Origin: Solirubrobacteraceae bacterium
GTDB taxonomy: Bacteria; Actinomycetota; Thermoleophilia; Solirubrobacterales; Solirubrobacteraceae
NCBI GenBank assembly: GCA_035552215.1
Contig: DASZLV010000166.1
Span: 11,306 to 75,305 of the forward strand
Direction of reading: 5' to 3'
DNA: 64,000 bases
Position numbers and translations under genes: made by a program. Of the stretch, positions 47,303 to 57,113 are shown piece by piece. A model generated the notes under the pieces. That model was not told where the DNA came from and did no database searches. It saw only the letters and a list, made by a program, of their open reading frames with translations. Within the stretch, counting starts at the first letter, position 1. Every line of letters starts with the position of its first letter.

Positions 47303-47821
47303 TCACGCCCGCGGGTAGCGGGCGGCCCGTTCGGACGGCATCAGCGCGCCCGGTAGGTTCCCGCGTCCCACGTGAGTCCGAGGCCAGTTGTCCGCCGGCT
47401 GGTGGATCGGGTTGCGCTCGCGTGCCTGCCCGAACCACAGCAGATGCCGGCGCCGCAGGAATAGCCAGCGCCCGCCGGCTCGCACGTAGCGGTCCTGATA
47501 GAGGATCGACTGATCGACGAACTCATCGCCGAGGTCGAGCTGCGCCCAGCAGTAGACGCTCCCGTGGGCATGGTCCGGACCGTCGATCTCGATGAGATGA
47601 TTGCCCACGAAATGGACGGTGGGCCCCTTGTCGAACCATCGGGGGTGATCGCGGCGCACGGTATGAAGGTTGATGTCCGGGTACTGCACCTCTTCGGAAG
47701 GCTCGACCCACAGCGACTCGAGCAGCTCGCGGTCGCGCGAGTCGACCGCGTACGCGTAGCCGTAGGCGAGTTGGCGGATCTCCTCGGCGCCGAGCACCCG
47801 GTCCAGCGGGCTCAGCGTCAT
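47303..47821 (-). CDS. NTF2/SnoaL-like protein
   Basis: EIRQLAYGYAYAVDSRD, HFVGNHLI and YQDRY motifs. Confidence 0.85.
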   Translation of the reverse strand: MTLSPLDRVLGAEEIRQLAYGYAYAVDSRDRELLESLWVEPSEEVQYPDINLHTVRRDHPRWFDKGPTVHFVGNHLIEIDGPDHAHGSVYCWAQLDLGDEFVDQSILYQDRYVRAGGRWLFLRRRHLLWFGQARERNPIHQPADNWPRTHVGRGNLPGALMPSERAARYPRA

Positions 47822-48744
47822 CGGAGCGCTTCTGTCACGGCTGTCAGCTGGGGAGCGCCCAGCGCGAGGTCGGCGGGTACCGGCTCACCGGTCGAGTAGT
47901 CGTAGAAGCCCCGCTGCGACTTACGGCCGAGGTAACCGGCGGCGACGAGCTTGCGAATCGTCGGAGGCGCGGCAAAGCGCGGCTCCCGATACTCGGTGAA
48001 CATCGCCTCGGTGATCGCGAGTACGACGTCGAGCCCGACGAAGTCGAGCAGCGTGAACGGACCCATCGGGTGCCCGGCGCCCGCGCGCATCGCCGTATCG
48101 ATGTCGAGCATCGACCCGTGGCCGTTCTCAAGCGCGCGGACGGCGTCCATCGTGTAGGGAACGAGCAGGCGGTTCACGATGAATCCAGCCCGGTCCGGCG
48201 TGTGCACGAGGTCCTTGCCGAGGCGAATGCCATAGTCGACGCCGACTTGGAGCGCCTCGCGATTGGTGGCGACGGTGCGCACGACCTCGAGCAGGGTCAT
48301 CACGTGCGGAGGGTTGAAGAAGTGCAGGCCGATGAACCGCTCCGGGCGGCTCGTCGCCATCGCTTGATCGATGACCGACAGTGACGAGGTGTTCGTCGCG
48401 CACACCGCTCCGCGGTCGAGCACCTCATCCAGTGCCCGCCAGACACCGAGCTTGGTCGGGAGGTCCTCCGGGACGGCTTCGATCACGAGATCGCAACGGG
48501 CCATATCCGAATACGCGAGCGTCGGGGTGATGCGAGCCTCGATCGTCTCGGGATCGTCGTCGCCGCTCAGCCTGCCGGTGGCGAGGAGCCTTTGCAGGCT
48601 CTTGGAGATGCGACCGAGCCCCTTGGTGAGCGCCTCCTCGGAGACTTCACGCACGACGACTTGGAACCCTGCCTGGGCGCTGATCTGTGCGATGCCATGG
48701 CCCATCGTCCCGCAGCCGACGACGCCAACGTGTGTGATTTCCAT
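47818..48744 (-). CDS. 3-hydroxyacyl-CoA (3-hydroxybutyryl-CoA-like) dehydrogenase
   Basis: GCGTMGHGIA, EAVPE, NTSSLS, HFFNP, GFIVNR and HPMGP motifs. Confidence 0.95.
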   Translation of the reverse strand: MEITHVGVVGCGTMGHGIAQISAQAGFQVVVREVSEEALTKGLGRISKSLQRLLATGRLSGDDDPETIEARITPTLAYSDMARCDLVIEAVPEDLPTKLGVWRALDEVLDRGAVCATNTSSLSVIDQAMATSRPERFIGLHFFNPPHVMTLLEVVRTVATNREALQVGVDYGIRLGKDLVHTPDRAGFIVNRLLVPYTMDAVRALENGHGSMLDIDTAMRAGAGHPMGPFTLLDFVGLDVVLAITEAMFTEYREPRFAAPPTIRKLVAAGYLGRKSQRGFYDYSTGEPVPADLALGAPQLTAVTEALR

Positions 48745-48767
48745 GTAATCGCTCCTCCGTTGTCGAG

Positions 48768-49520
48768 TCAGATCTTGTCCTTGCGGCCGCCATCGAGGAC
48801 GAGCACGTGGCCCGTCACGAAGCCGGCCTCAGGTGAAACGAGATACGCGATCGCGTGGCCGATCTCCCACGGCTCCCCGATCCGCCCCATCGCCGCCGCA
48901 CTGGCACGCGTCGCGCGCAGGGTGTCGGGATCGGGAAACTTCTGCCAGGCTTCGGTCTCCACCGCTCCGGGCGAGACGGCATTGACGGTGATCCCGTGGG
49001 CCCCGAGCTCGCGCGCGGCGGCGGTGGTCAGGCCAACGACGGCAGCCTTCGCCGTCGTGTACGCGATCAGGTTCGTCGACTCCGCGCCCTGCGCAACCAC
49101 GGAAGACACGTTCACGATCCGTCCCGCGCCAATACGACGCATGTGGGGAACGGCCGCGCGCATGCAGAGCCATGCCGTCTTGACGCAGCCGGCGAGCACC
49201 TGGTCCCAGTCCTCCTCGGTCGTGGTCTCGACCGTCCCGAAGCGAAGACTCCCGGCGTTGTTGACGAGGACGTCCCAGCGACCGAGACGAGCGATCACGT
49301 CGTTGGACATCCGCTCGACGGCGCCGGTGTCGAGGACGTCGGCGACAATCCCGACCGCCCGATCTCCGAGCCAGGCGACCACGCCCTCGGCGCGGTCCGC
49401 GTTGCGGTCGATGACGGCGACCCGGTAGCCCTGGTCACAGAGCACGCGCGCTATCGCTCGTCCGATCCCCTGACCCGCTCCGGTGACGACGGCGACGCGG
49501 TCGTGATCCGGCGCGGTCAT
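48768..49520 (-). CDS. SDR family oxidoreductase
   Basis: TGAGQGIG, NNAG and YTTAK motifs; ATGA overlap with the upstream MBL gene. Confidence 0.92.
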   Translation of the reverse strand: MTAPDHDRVAVVTGAGQGIGRAIARVLCDQGYRVAVIDRNADRAEGVVAWLGDRAVGIVADVLDTGAVERMSNDVIARLGRWDVLVNNAGSLRFGTVETTTEEDWDQVLAGCVKTAWLCMRAAVPHMRRIGAGRIVNVSSVVAQGAESTNLIAYTTAKAAVVGLTTAAARELGAHGITVNAVSPGAVETEAWQKFPDPDTLRATRASAAAMGRIGEPWEIGHAIAYLVSPEAGFVTGHVLVLDGGRKDKI

Positions 49521-50512
49521 GGCAGCGGAACCGAGAAGCGTCGAACGCCCGACGGGTCGACATGCGAGGTCACCTGTCCGCGGCCTTCGAGATGCTCGAG
49601 CACGCACAGGACGACCGACAGGGTCGACTGACGCCGCTCGTGGTCGTCGTCGCCGTTGACAACTTCGAGGGCGATCTCATGGCCCGTGCGCGGCGCCCGG
49701 CCGATTGCCTGGCGGATTCGGTCATGCGCGTCCGTCGCCGCCTCCCGCGCGGCCGTCAAGCGCGCGCTCGGATCGTCCGCCGGCGGACCGTGACCCGGGA
49801 AGAGGCGCTGCGACCCGAGCTCCTGGGCGCGTGCGAGCGAGCGCAGGTGATCTCCGTAGGGGTCGGCCGTGTAGCCGTACTCGATGAATGGCCTGACTCC
49901 CTCGTACGCCAGGTCGGCCGATATCAGCCATCCCTCATCTTGGTTGAAGAGCGCGATCTGGCTGGCCGAATGGCCCGGGATCGCGATCGCTCGCCAGGAG
50001 CGGAGGCGCTCGTCGACCTCGTCCCCGTCGGCCAGCACACGGGTCGGCTCGAGCCGCACATGCCTCCCATCGTCAGCGAGCATCACGTCGACCCACTCGT
50101 CGAGCTCCACCGGCGGGATTCCCTCACGCAGGCCCGCCCGGCGGCGTACCTCCAGCGGGATGGCGGGGTCACGGAGCGAATCGATGACCGCCTCCGGGCC
50201 GGCGCCGCGAGCTACCTCGCAGCCCGTACGCTCCACCACCGTTGCCGCCAGGCCGGCATGATCGGAGTGGGGATGCGTGCATACGAGGACCCTGATCTCG
50301 TCCGGTTGCACCCGCGCTTGCGTGAGCGCGTACTCGAGCGCCGCCCAACCGGGGGCGAGGCTCGTACCGCAGTCCACCAGGCAGTAGCCGTCGGTCATCG
50401 CGAGGAGGTAGCTGTTGACGTAGCCGGGCGCCGGATACGGCAGGGGGAGCCGAAGGCACCAGAAGCCGGCGCCGACCTGCTCGATCCGTGCCTCGCCAGG
50501 CTGCCGCTCCAC
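49517..50512 (-). CDS. MBL-fold metallo-hydrolase, paralogue of 9311..10381
   Basis: THPHSDH, PGH and PGHG motifs. Confidence 0.9.
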   Translation of the reverse strand: MERQPGEARIEQVGAGFWCLRLPLPYPAPGYVNSYLLAMTDGYCLVDCGTSLAPGWAALEYALTQARVQPDEIRVLVCTHPHSDHAGLAATVVERTGCEVARGAGPEAVIDSLRDPAIPLEVRRRAGLREGIPPVELDEWVDVMLADDGRHVRLEPTRVLADGDEVDERLRSWRAIAIPGHSASQIALFNQDEGWLISADLAYEGVRPFIEYGYTADPYGDHLRSLARAQELGSQRLFPGHGPPADDPSARLTAAREAATDAHDRIRQAIGRAPRTGHEIALEVVNGDDDHERRQSTLSVVLCVLEHLEGRGQVTSHVDPSGVRRFSVPLP

Positions 50513-50522
50513 AGGTGGAGGC

Positions 50523-51395
50523 TCAGGGCTGGGCGGCGGACGGCTGGAGCGCCGTCCTCAGACGAGCGCGAACGTCGTGAGAGTCGTACCACGAACTCAT
50601 GCTCACGATCGAGCCCTGGTCGTCGAGATCGAAGACATCGACTCCATCGAACGCGAGGGGTGCCCCGGAGCTCAGCGTCCCCACGAAGCGAACCTCGACC
50701 GTGACCGTACTCCCGGCAACGATGATCCTCGTTGCTTCGGTGTGGCTGGCGTCGTATGGACGCATCGCCGTGCGGAAGTAGCCTTCGAGCTCTTCACGAC
50801 CCAGTAACGGGGGGATGCCAGGCGCGCGGAGGTCCGCCTGGTCTGTAAACAGGCCGACGACCTCGTCATAGCGCTTGGCATCGAGGGCGCCGAGGAAGGC
50901 GTGGACGGTCGCCTCGGGGTTCGGTGGTCCGCTCGCACCATCCCCGCTGGAAGCGCCTCGCGGCTCGGCGCCGCCAGGGATAAGCGGCGCCACTGATCGG
51001 GCGCCGCGCGCGGCGCGGAGCCTTGTCCGTACGTCGTGCGAGTCATACCACGAGGTGAGGCGCACGATCCGGGCCTGCTCGTCGAAGTCGAACACGTCAA
51101 GCGCGTCGAACTCGATTCCCACTCCCGAAGCGAGCGCGCCGCTGAAATGAATCTCGACCGTCGCCGTGCGCCCGCAGGTGAGCAAGCGGGTGGGCACATC
51201 CTCATGTTCGGGATATGGGGCCAGCGCGGCTCGGTAGTAGTCGGTGATCTCCGCCATCCCCCGTCGGGGTGGGGTGCCGGGAGCGGCCAGTTCGCCGTCG
51301 TCGGAGAAGAGCTCGGCGACGTCGCCGTAGCGCTCGCTGTTAATGGCGTCGAAGTAGGACCGCAGCACGGGGCTGAGGTCTGGCGTGCTGCTCAT
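50523..51395 (-). CDS. tandem double SnoaL/NTF2 (ketosteroid-isomerase-like) protein
   Basis: Two repeats, each ending DVFD.D....I....SWYDSHDVR.RLR. Confidence 0.85.
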   Translation of the reverse strand: MSSTPDLSPVLRSYFDAINSERYGDVAELFSDDGELAAPGTPPRRGMAEITDYYRAALAPYPEHEDVPTRLLTCGRTATVEIHFSGALASGVGIEFDALDVFDFDEQARIVRLTSWYDSHDVRTRLRAARGARSVAPLIPGGAEPRGASSGDGASGPPNPEATVHAFLGALDAKRYDEVVGLFTDQADLRAPGIPPLLGREELEGYFRTAMRPYDASHTEATRIIVAGSTVTVEVRFVGTLSSGAPLAFDGVDVFDLDDQGSIVSMSSWYDSHDVRARLRTALQPSAAQP

Positions 51396-51466
51396 TGCGG
51401 CACCGAGCGATGCCAAGCATGGGCGGGTATCGTGATCATCGGCCCTCCAGGGAGGTCTTGACTTCT

Positions 51467-51480
51467 ACCAAACGATTGGG
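51467..51480. promoter_or_regulatory. TetR operator ACCAAACGATTGGG in the divergent SnoaL/EthD promoter
   Basis: Lies between TTGACT (51458) and TATACT (51485). Confidence 0.8.
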
Positions 51481-51542
51481 CGATTATACTCCACCTCGTC
51501 AACCCACCGCGAGTCGAGAGCACCACGTCGAGAGGAACCCGC

Positions 51543-51860
51543 ATGGCCTACACCGTCATCTACCAGGTCTTCCGCAAGGCGGGGATGAGCCATGCGGAGT
51601 TCGCCGAGTACTGGGTGAGCACGCACTCGCCGATCGCCGCAAAGCTGCCAGGGGCACGCAGCTACACCAACTACGTCGTCGATGCGGCGACAGACGCGGC
51701 CGACCCGGTACCCGACGGCTTCACCGTGCTCTCCTTCGACTCCGAAGCGGACTTCACCGCGGCCATGGAGAGCCCGGAGATGGCGGCCTCGGGCGAGGAC
51801 GCGGCCAAGTTCACGAGCCACTTCGCCGTGTTCTCGGTAGACCCCCACCAAATCGTGTGA
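51543..51860 (+). CDS. EthD family (dimeric alpha-beta barrel) protein
   Basis: RKAGMSHAEFAEYW.STHSPI..KLPG, DG and DAAKF motifs. Confidence 0.88.
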   Translation: MAYTVIYQVFRKAGMSHAEFAEYWVSTHSPIAAKLPGARSYTNYVVDAATDAADPVPDGFTVLSFDSEADFTAAMESPEMAASGEDAAKFTSHFAVFSVDPHQIV

Positions 51861-51892
51861 CATCACTACGACGCTCTCAAGACGGGTGCTGA

Positions 51893-52681
51893 ATGCTCAA
51901 AGACAAGATCTGTGTCGTGACCGGCTCGGGTAGTGGAATCGGCCGCGCGACCGCAGTCGAGATGGCGAATCAGGGCGCGAAGGTTGTCGTCAGCGACGTG
52001 AACGAGGAGGGCGGCAACGAAACCGTGCGAAGCATCGCGTCGACCGGGGGCGAGGCCGTCTTCGTGCGCTGCGACGTCCGCAAAGCTGACGAGATAGTCG
52101 CGCTCATGGAGAAGGCGGCAGAGCATTTCGGGGGAATCGACGTACTCCACAACAATGCCGGGGTCCACGACACCGATTTCACGAGCGACACTTCGGTGGA
52201 CACGCTGCCCGATGACGTGTGGGAGCGGGTCTATGAGATCAACCTCCGCGGCGTCTGGTGGTGCACAAAGCACGCGGCTCCGTACCTGAAGGAGTCTCAG
52301 CGGGGGCCGGCAATCGTCAACGCCGCCTCGATCGGTGGGCTCGTCGGCTATCCGATGGCATCGTGTTACTGCTCGACGAAGGGAGCCGTGCTCCAGCTCA
52401 CGAAGGCGACCGCCATCGATCTCGCGCCGACGGTTAGATGTAACTGCTACTGCCCGGGGTCGATCGACACCCCGATGGTTCAGAAGTACGTCGAGGCCGC
52501 CGCTGACAAGGTTGCCATCGAGCGCGTGCTCACCGGGTCCCATCTCATCCCCCGCCTCGGCGCGCCCGAGGAGGTGGCCAAGCTCGTGTGCTTCCTGGCC
52601 TCGGACGATGCCGCGTTCATTACCGGATCGGCATTCTCGATCGACGGCGGCTCGCTCGCCTGGCGGGGCACAAATGCCTAG
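51893..52681 (+). CDS. SDR family oxidoreductase
   Basis: TGSGSGIG, HNNAG and YCSTK motifs. Confidence 0.93.
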   Translation: MLKDKICVVTGSGSGIGRATAVEMANQGAKVVVSDVNEEGGNETVRSIASTGGEAVFVRCDVRKADEIVALMEKAAEHFGGIDVLHNNAGVHDTDFTSDTSVDTLPDDVWERVYEINLRGVWWCTKHAAPYLKESQRGPAIVNAASIGGLVGYPMASCYCSTKGAVLQLTKATAIDLAPTVRCNCYCPGSIDTPMVQKYVEAAADKVAIERVLTGSHLIPRLGAPEEVAKLVCFLASDDAAFITGSAFSIDGGSLAWRGTNA

Positions 52682-52693
52682 GACCGGCCAGCC

Positions 52694-53677
52694 GTGAGCT
52701 CACTCATCGACGTGCGCAGCGCCGATCCCGGGGAGGACCTGTTCCGGCGGGGCTTGAGCGACGGATTGCCCGTGGAGATTCCGACTCCCGACCGTGTGGC
52801 GGCTTACGTGGCTGCTGCGGGCTTGGACGCCGGCGAGGTCATTGCTCACGTGCCACCGGCGTTCTCACCCGCGACCGTCGAACGCGTGGCAGCGAACGCG
52901 ATCATGGCCGGCTGTCCCGCGGAGGTAATGCCCGTCGTCCTGGCGGCGGTACGGGCAATCTGCCGGCCGGAGTTCAACCTCTTCGGTGTCCGCACGTCGA
53001 ACCACCCGGCGACGCCGCTGCTCGTGATCGGAGGGCCGATCGTGGAGCGGGCGGGGTTCAATGCCGGCACGAACCTCTTCGGTCCCGCATCCCGGGCGAA
53101 CGCGACCACGGGTCGCGCCCTCAACCTTGTCATCCAGAACATCGGTGGAGCGACGCTCCAGCTCATCGACCAGTCGACCATGGGCCATCCCGGCCGTTAC
53201 ACGTTCTGCATTGCCGAGGACCCGCAGTCGCCCTGGGCTCCGCTCCACTGCGCAGTAGGAGGGCTTGCCCCCGAATCGAGCGCGGTCACGGTGTTCGCCG
53301 GTGACGCGCCGATCGCAGTGGCCGACTATGCGAGCCTCGAGCCCGAAGAGCTCATCGACACGTTCGCCTATCACGTCGCCTACGTCTGGCAGAACCCGTT
53401 CCACGTGATGAGCGAGGTCCTACTCGTGATCAATCCTGCGCACGCGCGGGTGCTCACGAAGGCTGGCGAGGACCGAGTCGAGGTGCTGAGACGGATCACC
53501 GCGTCCGCCCGGTCGCGTACCGGCCCGCTGGCGCTCGACGGGATCGGCCACGACTACGAGAGCGGTGTTCACTTGATGTGCGCCGGAGGGCCGTGGGGAC
53601 AATACTCAGCGCTGGTCAACGGGTGGGTCGGCCCCCGCGAGGGGAGCACGATGGTCACCGAGGAGGTGCAGTCATGA
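52694..53677 (+). CDS. conserved protein of the type that accompanies UGSC-family (seleno)proteins
   Basis: SDGLPVEIPT, TVERVAANAIMAGC, RANATTGRAL and STMGHPGRY motifs. Confidence 0.75.
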   Translation: MSSLIDVRSADPGEDLFRRGLSDGLPVEIPTPDRVAAYVAAAGLDAGEVIAHVPPAFSPATVERVAANAIMAGCPAEVMPVVLAAVRAICRPEFNLFGVRTSNHPATPLLVIGGPIVERAGFNAGTNLFGPASRANATTGRALNLVIQNIGGATLQLIDQSTMGHPGRYTFCIAEDPQSPWAPLHCAVGGLAPESSAVTVFAGDAPIAVADYASLEPEELIDTFAYHVAYVWQNPFHVMSEVLLVINPAHARVLTKAGEDRVEVLRRITASARSRTGPLALDGIGHDYESGVHLMCAGGPWGQYSALVNGWVGPREGSTMVTEEVQS

Positions 53678-54210
53678 ACGAGATCGCAGACACCTGCCCG
53701 ATCATCGATCCAGCCGGACCCGCGACCGCCGCCGTCATCCCCCTCGCTCCCGGGCTCGCCAGCCTCGCGGGCCGCCGGGTCGCCGTGCTCGACATCGCCA
53801 AGATTCGCAGCGACGCCTTCGTCGATCAGGTGGAGGCCGGACTGCGTGAGCACGAAAGCTCGGTCGAGATCGAACGGAGCGTCGCCCCTCCTTCGCGCCG
53901 GCTCCCAGACGACGAGGTGGCGAACCTGGCCGGGCACTGTGATGGCGCTGTCCTCGCCGTGGCGGACTGCGGAACCTGCAGCTCGTGGACGCTCTTCGAT
54001 GCCATCGAGCTCCACCGCCACGGTTGCCGCGCCGTCCTCGTCATCTCCGAGGAGTTGCGGCCGACGATCGACGCACTCGCCGGGCGGCTCGGCATGAACG
54101 ATCTGCCCCTGGTCGAGGTGCCGCTGCCCAACCGCGACCAGACGCGGGCCGACATCGCAGCGTCTGCCGAAGCTGCGACGCCGGCGATCTTGGCAGCGCT
54201 GAGAGGATGA
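53674..54210 (+). CDS. UGSC-family (seleno)protein, Cys-containing form (ADCGTC)
   Basis: LAGRRVAVLDIAK...AVADCGTCSSW...DAIEL; ATGA overlap with its partner gene. Confidence 0.75.
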   Translation: MNEIADTCPIIDPAGPATAAVIPLAPGLASLAGRRVAVLDIAKIRSDAFVDQVEAGLREHESSVEIERSVAPPSRRLPDDEVANLAGHCDGAVLAVADCGTCSSWTLFDAIELHRHGCRAVLVISEELRPTIDALAGRLGMNDLPLVEVPLPNRDQTRADIAASAEAATPAILAALRG

Positions 54211-54243
54211 GGCGTTGCCCACAGCTGTGACACCCCGCCGCAG

Positions 54244-55002
54244 ATGGATCTAGAGACGCTCGCGGTCCAGGCGCGAACCGACGGGACGGTTCTCGTGACC
54301 ATCGCCCGCCCAGAAAAGCTGAACGCGATGAACCAGGCGTTCTTCCACGAGCTGCCCGCGGTACTGGCCGGACTCGACGCCGACCCCGATGTCTCGGTGT
54401 GCGTGATCACCGGCGCCGGCGAGGCGTTCTCCGCCGGGGGCGACATCGCCGACTTCGACCGCCTGACCGACACGGCCGCGTACCGTCGACAGGTCCGACT
54501 GGCGCTCGGGGCGTTCCACGCCGTCGAGCGCGCTGAAACGATCGTCATCGCCGCGGTCAACGGCCTTGCCTATGGTGGCGGCACCGAGCTCACGCTCGCC
54601 TGCGACCTCGGGGTAGCGTCGACGAGCGCGCGGTTTGCCTTTCGGGAGGTCACCGTCGGCTTGCAGCCGGGGTACGGACTCGTCCGCGGGCCCGAGGTGA
54701 TCGGACGAGCGTGGACTCGCCGGCTGGCGCTGACGGGCGAGATCATCGACGCTGACCAGGCGCTGCGCCTGGGCCTCGTCCAGCAGGTCGCCGCGCCCGA
54801 GCGCCTCGTTGACGACGCGCTGGCCCTCGCCGCGATCATCGCGGCGCACCCGACGACCGCGGTGCAGGTCGGCAAGCAGTTTCTCAATCGCGACGTGGCG
54901 GGGATCAACGAAGCGGTCGAGGCGACGGCGCTTCTCTTCACCACGCCCGAGCACAAGCAGCGGATCCGCGCGTTTCTCGAAAAATCCGCCCGGCGGCAAT
55001 AG
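54244..55002 (+). CDS. enoyl-CoA hydratase/isomerase
   Basis: FSAGGDI, GLAYGGGTEL and REVTVGL motifs. Confidence 0.93.
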   Translation: MDLETLAVQARTDGTVLVTIARPEKLNAMNQAFFHELPAVLAGLDADPDVSVCVITGAGEAFSAGGDIADFDRLTDTAAYRRQVRLALGAFHAVERAETIVIAAVNGLAYGGGTELTLACDLGVASTSARFAFREVTVGLQPGYGLVRGPEVIGRAWTRRLALTGEIIDADQALRLGLVQQVAAPERLVDDALALAAIIAAHPTTAVQVGKQFLNRDVAGINEAVEATALLFTTPEHKQRIRAFLEKSARRQ

Positions 55003-55022
55003 GACCCCAAAAAGAGGGACAA

Positions 55023-55040
55023 AACAAATGTTTGTTTGGT
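55023..55040. promoter_or_regulatory. degenerate double TetR operator AACAAATGTTTGTTTGGT upstream of LLM
   Basis: AT-rich motif-like site in the intergenic gap. Confidence 0.6.
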
Positions 55041-55107
55041 ACTATGTGCGCGTTGTTGGCAGCCTCGTAGCGGGACCGCCGGCGAGGATCAGGGACAGCA
55101 AGGCGAC

Positions 55108-56262
55108 ATGAGCGACCCAATACCCGTCACCCTCGGAGTTCCAGGCCGGATCATGCCGCCGGCTGACAAAGCGATCGAGTTCGCGCAACGGGCCGAGGCA
55201 GACGGCTACGACGCCGTCTGGTGGCCGTGCCACCTCATGGGCTGGATACCGGACTCAGTCTGGACCGACGACATGACCGGATTGGCCAAGTACCAGGCGA
55301 ATCCCCATGTCCACTTCGAGCCGCTCCTCATGATGGCGGCGGCCGGCGCGGCCACGGAGCGAATTCGCGTTGGCGTCAACGTGACCGACACCATCCGGCG
55401 CCATCCGGCGATGCTCGCCCAGGCTGCGCTGACCGCCGATCATCTCTCGCGCGGCCGCGCGATCCTCGGGCTGGGATCGGGTGAGCGCATGAACGTGACG
55501 CCCTACGGCATCGAGTGGCGCAAGCCCGTCGGACGTCTCGAAGAGGCGATCAAGGTCATGCGGCTTCTCTGGGAGTCAGACGGGCCGGTCGACTTCGAGG
55601 GCGACTTCTTCAACCTGGACGCCGCCGTGCTCGGGTTGGAGCGTTACGAGGGACGCTCACCCGAGATCTGGCTCGGAGCCCACGGGCCGCGCATGCTCGA
55701 CATCTGCGGCCGGCTCACCGACGGCTGGCTACCGACCAACATCACGCCCGAGGTCTACGCGGAGAAGCTCGCCGTGATCCGCCAGAGCGCCGAGTCGGTC
55801 GGTCGGGATCCCGACTCGATCACCACGTCGATGCTGGCCTACGTTCTCTGCGCGCCGGACGAGGAGACATTGGCCCGGCTATGCGATCAACCGCTCGTCC
55901 GGATCCTCTTCGCCGCCGTCGACCTGTCCCCGGAGACGTACGCGCGGCACGGCTCCACCTCCCCGTTCGAGGGGGGAACCGGGTTCCACAGCTTCGTACC
56001 CACGAAGGTGTCGCGCGCCGAGGCCGAGCGGGTCATCTCCCACATCCCGGCGGGGATCGTTCGCGAGGGGACGCTGCACGGTACGCCGGAGCAGATCGCC
56101 GAGCAGATCCGCACCTATCAGGATGCCGGCCTGCGCGACCTGATCCTCTGGAACATCACGCCGTTCGCCGACCCCGATCTGTCCGTCTACTCGTTCAAGG
56201 CGATGCGCGAGGTCAAGGATCTCCTCTCCGCACCCGTTCGCCGAGCCGACCCGGTGAGCTGA
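55108..56262 (+). CDS. LLM oxidoreductase resembling F420H2-dependent phthiodiolone ketoreductase (Rv2951c-like)
   Basis: TDTIRRHPAMLAQ...HLSRGRAILGLGSGE...PYG and IWLGAHGPRML..CGR..DGW motifs. Confidence 0.85.
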   Translation: MSDPIPVTLGVPGRIMPPADKAIEFAQRAEADGYDAVWWPCHLMGWIPDSVWTDDMTGLAKYQANPHVHFEPLLMMAAAGAATERIRVGVNVTDTIRRHPAMLAQAALTADHLSRGRAILGLGSGERMNVTPYGIEWRKPVGRLEEAIKVMRLLWESDGPVDFEGDFFNLDAAVLGLERYEGRSPEIWLGAHGPRMLDICGRLTDGWLPTNITPEVYAEKLAVIRQSAESVGRDPDSITTSMLAYVLCAPDEETLARLCDQPLVRILFAAVDLSPETYARHGSTSPFEGGTGFHSFVPTKVSRAEAERVISHIPAGIVREGTLHGTPEQIAEQIRTYQDAGLRDLILWNITPFADPDLSVYSFKAMREVKDLLSAPVRRADPVS

Positions 56263-56264
56263 CC

Positions 56265-57053
56265 GTGCTGGAAGACAAGGTATGCATCGTCACCGGATCG
56301 GCCGGCGGGATCGGACGTGCGACCGCGGTCGAGATGGGACGTCAAGGAGGGAAGATCGTCGTCAGCGACGTGAACGACGATGGCGGCGCCGAGACCGTGC
56401 GGCAAGTCGAGGACGTGGGCGCCGAGGCGCATTACGTCCACTGCAATGTCCGCGACGAGGCCCAGATCATCGATCTCATGCAGGCCGCCGTCGAGCGCTT
56501 CGGCGGGATCGACGTGCTCCACAACAATGCCGGCGTCCAGGAGAACGATTTCACCACGGAGGCGGCCGTCGACATCCTCTCGAACGAGGTCTGGGACGCG
56601 GTCTACGAGATCAATCTGCGCGCCGTGTGGCTGTGCACCAAGCACGCGGCCCCACACCTCCGGCGTTCTCCGCGTGGGCCGGCGATCGTGAACGCCGGGT
56701 CGACCGGCGGCCTCCTCGGTTATCCCGCATGCCCCGTCTACAGTGCGACCAAGGGGGCGGTCATTCAGCTCACCAAGGTCTCGGCGATCGATCTTGCTCC
56801 CACCATACGCGCCAACTGTTACTGCCCGGCGGCGATCGACACCCCGATGGTGCAGAAGTACTTCGCCGCCGCCGAGGACGAAGGAGCGCTCCGGAGCGCT
56901 CTCGTCGGTTCGCACCTGATCCCGCGCCTGGGCGCGCCGGAGGACGTCGCCAAGCTCGTCTGCTTCCTCGCCTCGGATGACGCCTCTTTCATCACGGGCG
57001 CGGCGTTCCTCATCGACGGCGGATCGCTCGCGTGGCGCGGCACCAACGGGTAG
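56265..57053 (+). CDS. SDR oxidoreductase, close paralogue of 51893..52681
   Basis: TGSAGGIG, HNNAG and YSATK motifs; real start GTG 56265 within ORF 55515..57053. Confidence 0.92.
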   Translation: MLEDKVCIVTGSAGGIGRATAVEMGRQGGKIVVSDVNDDGGAETVRQVEDVGAEAHYVHCNVRDEAQIIDLMQAAVERFGGIDVLHNNAGVQENDFTTEAAVDILSNEVWDAVYEINLRAVWLCTKHAAPHLRRSPRGPAIVNAGSTGGLLGYPACPVYSATKGAVIQLTKVSAIDLAPTIRANCYCPAAIDTPMVQKYFAAAEDEGALRSALVGSHLIPRLGAPEDVAKLVCFLASDDASFITGAAFLIDGGSLAWRGTNG

Positions 57054-57084
57054 CACGGGCGTCGCCTCCTCGGAGGCCAGGTCA

Positions 57085-57098
57085 ACCAACTGTTCGAT
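57085..57098. promoter_or_regulatory. weak TetR operator ACCAACTGTTCGAT
   Basis: One good half-site just before the RBS. Confidence 0.45.
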
Positions 57099-57113
57099 AG
57101 ACCGGAGGTAGCA

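Noticed and set aside
53960-53980. Possible selenocysteine (UGA) recoding in the UGSC-family gene
   Set aside because: The codon is TGC and the frame is open, so this is the Cys form.
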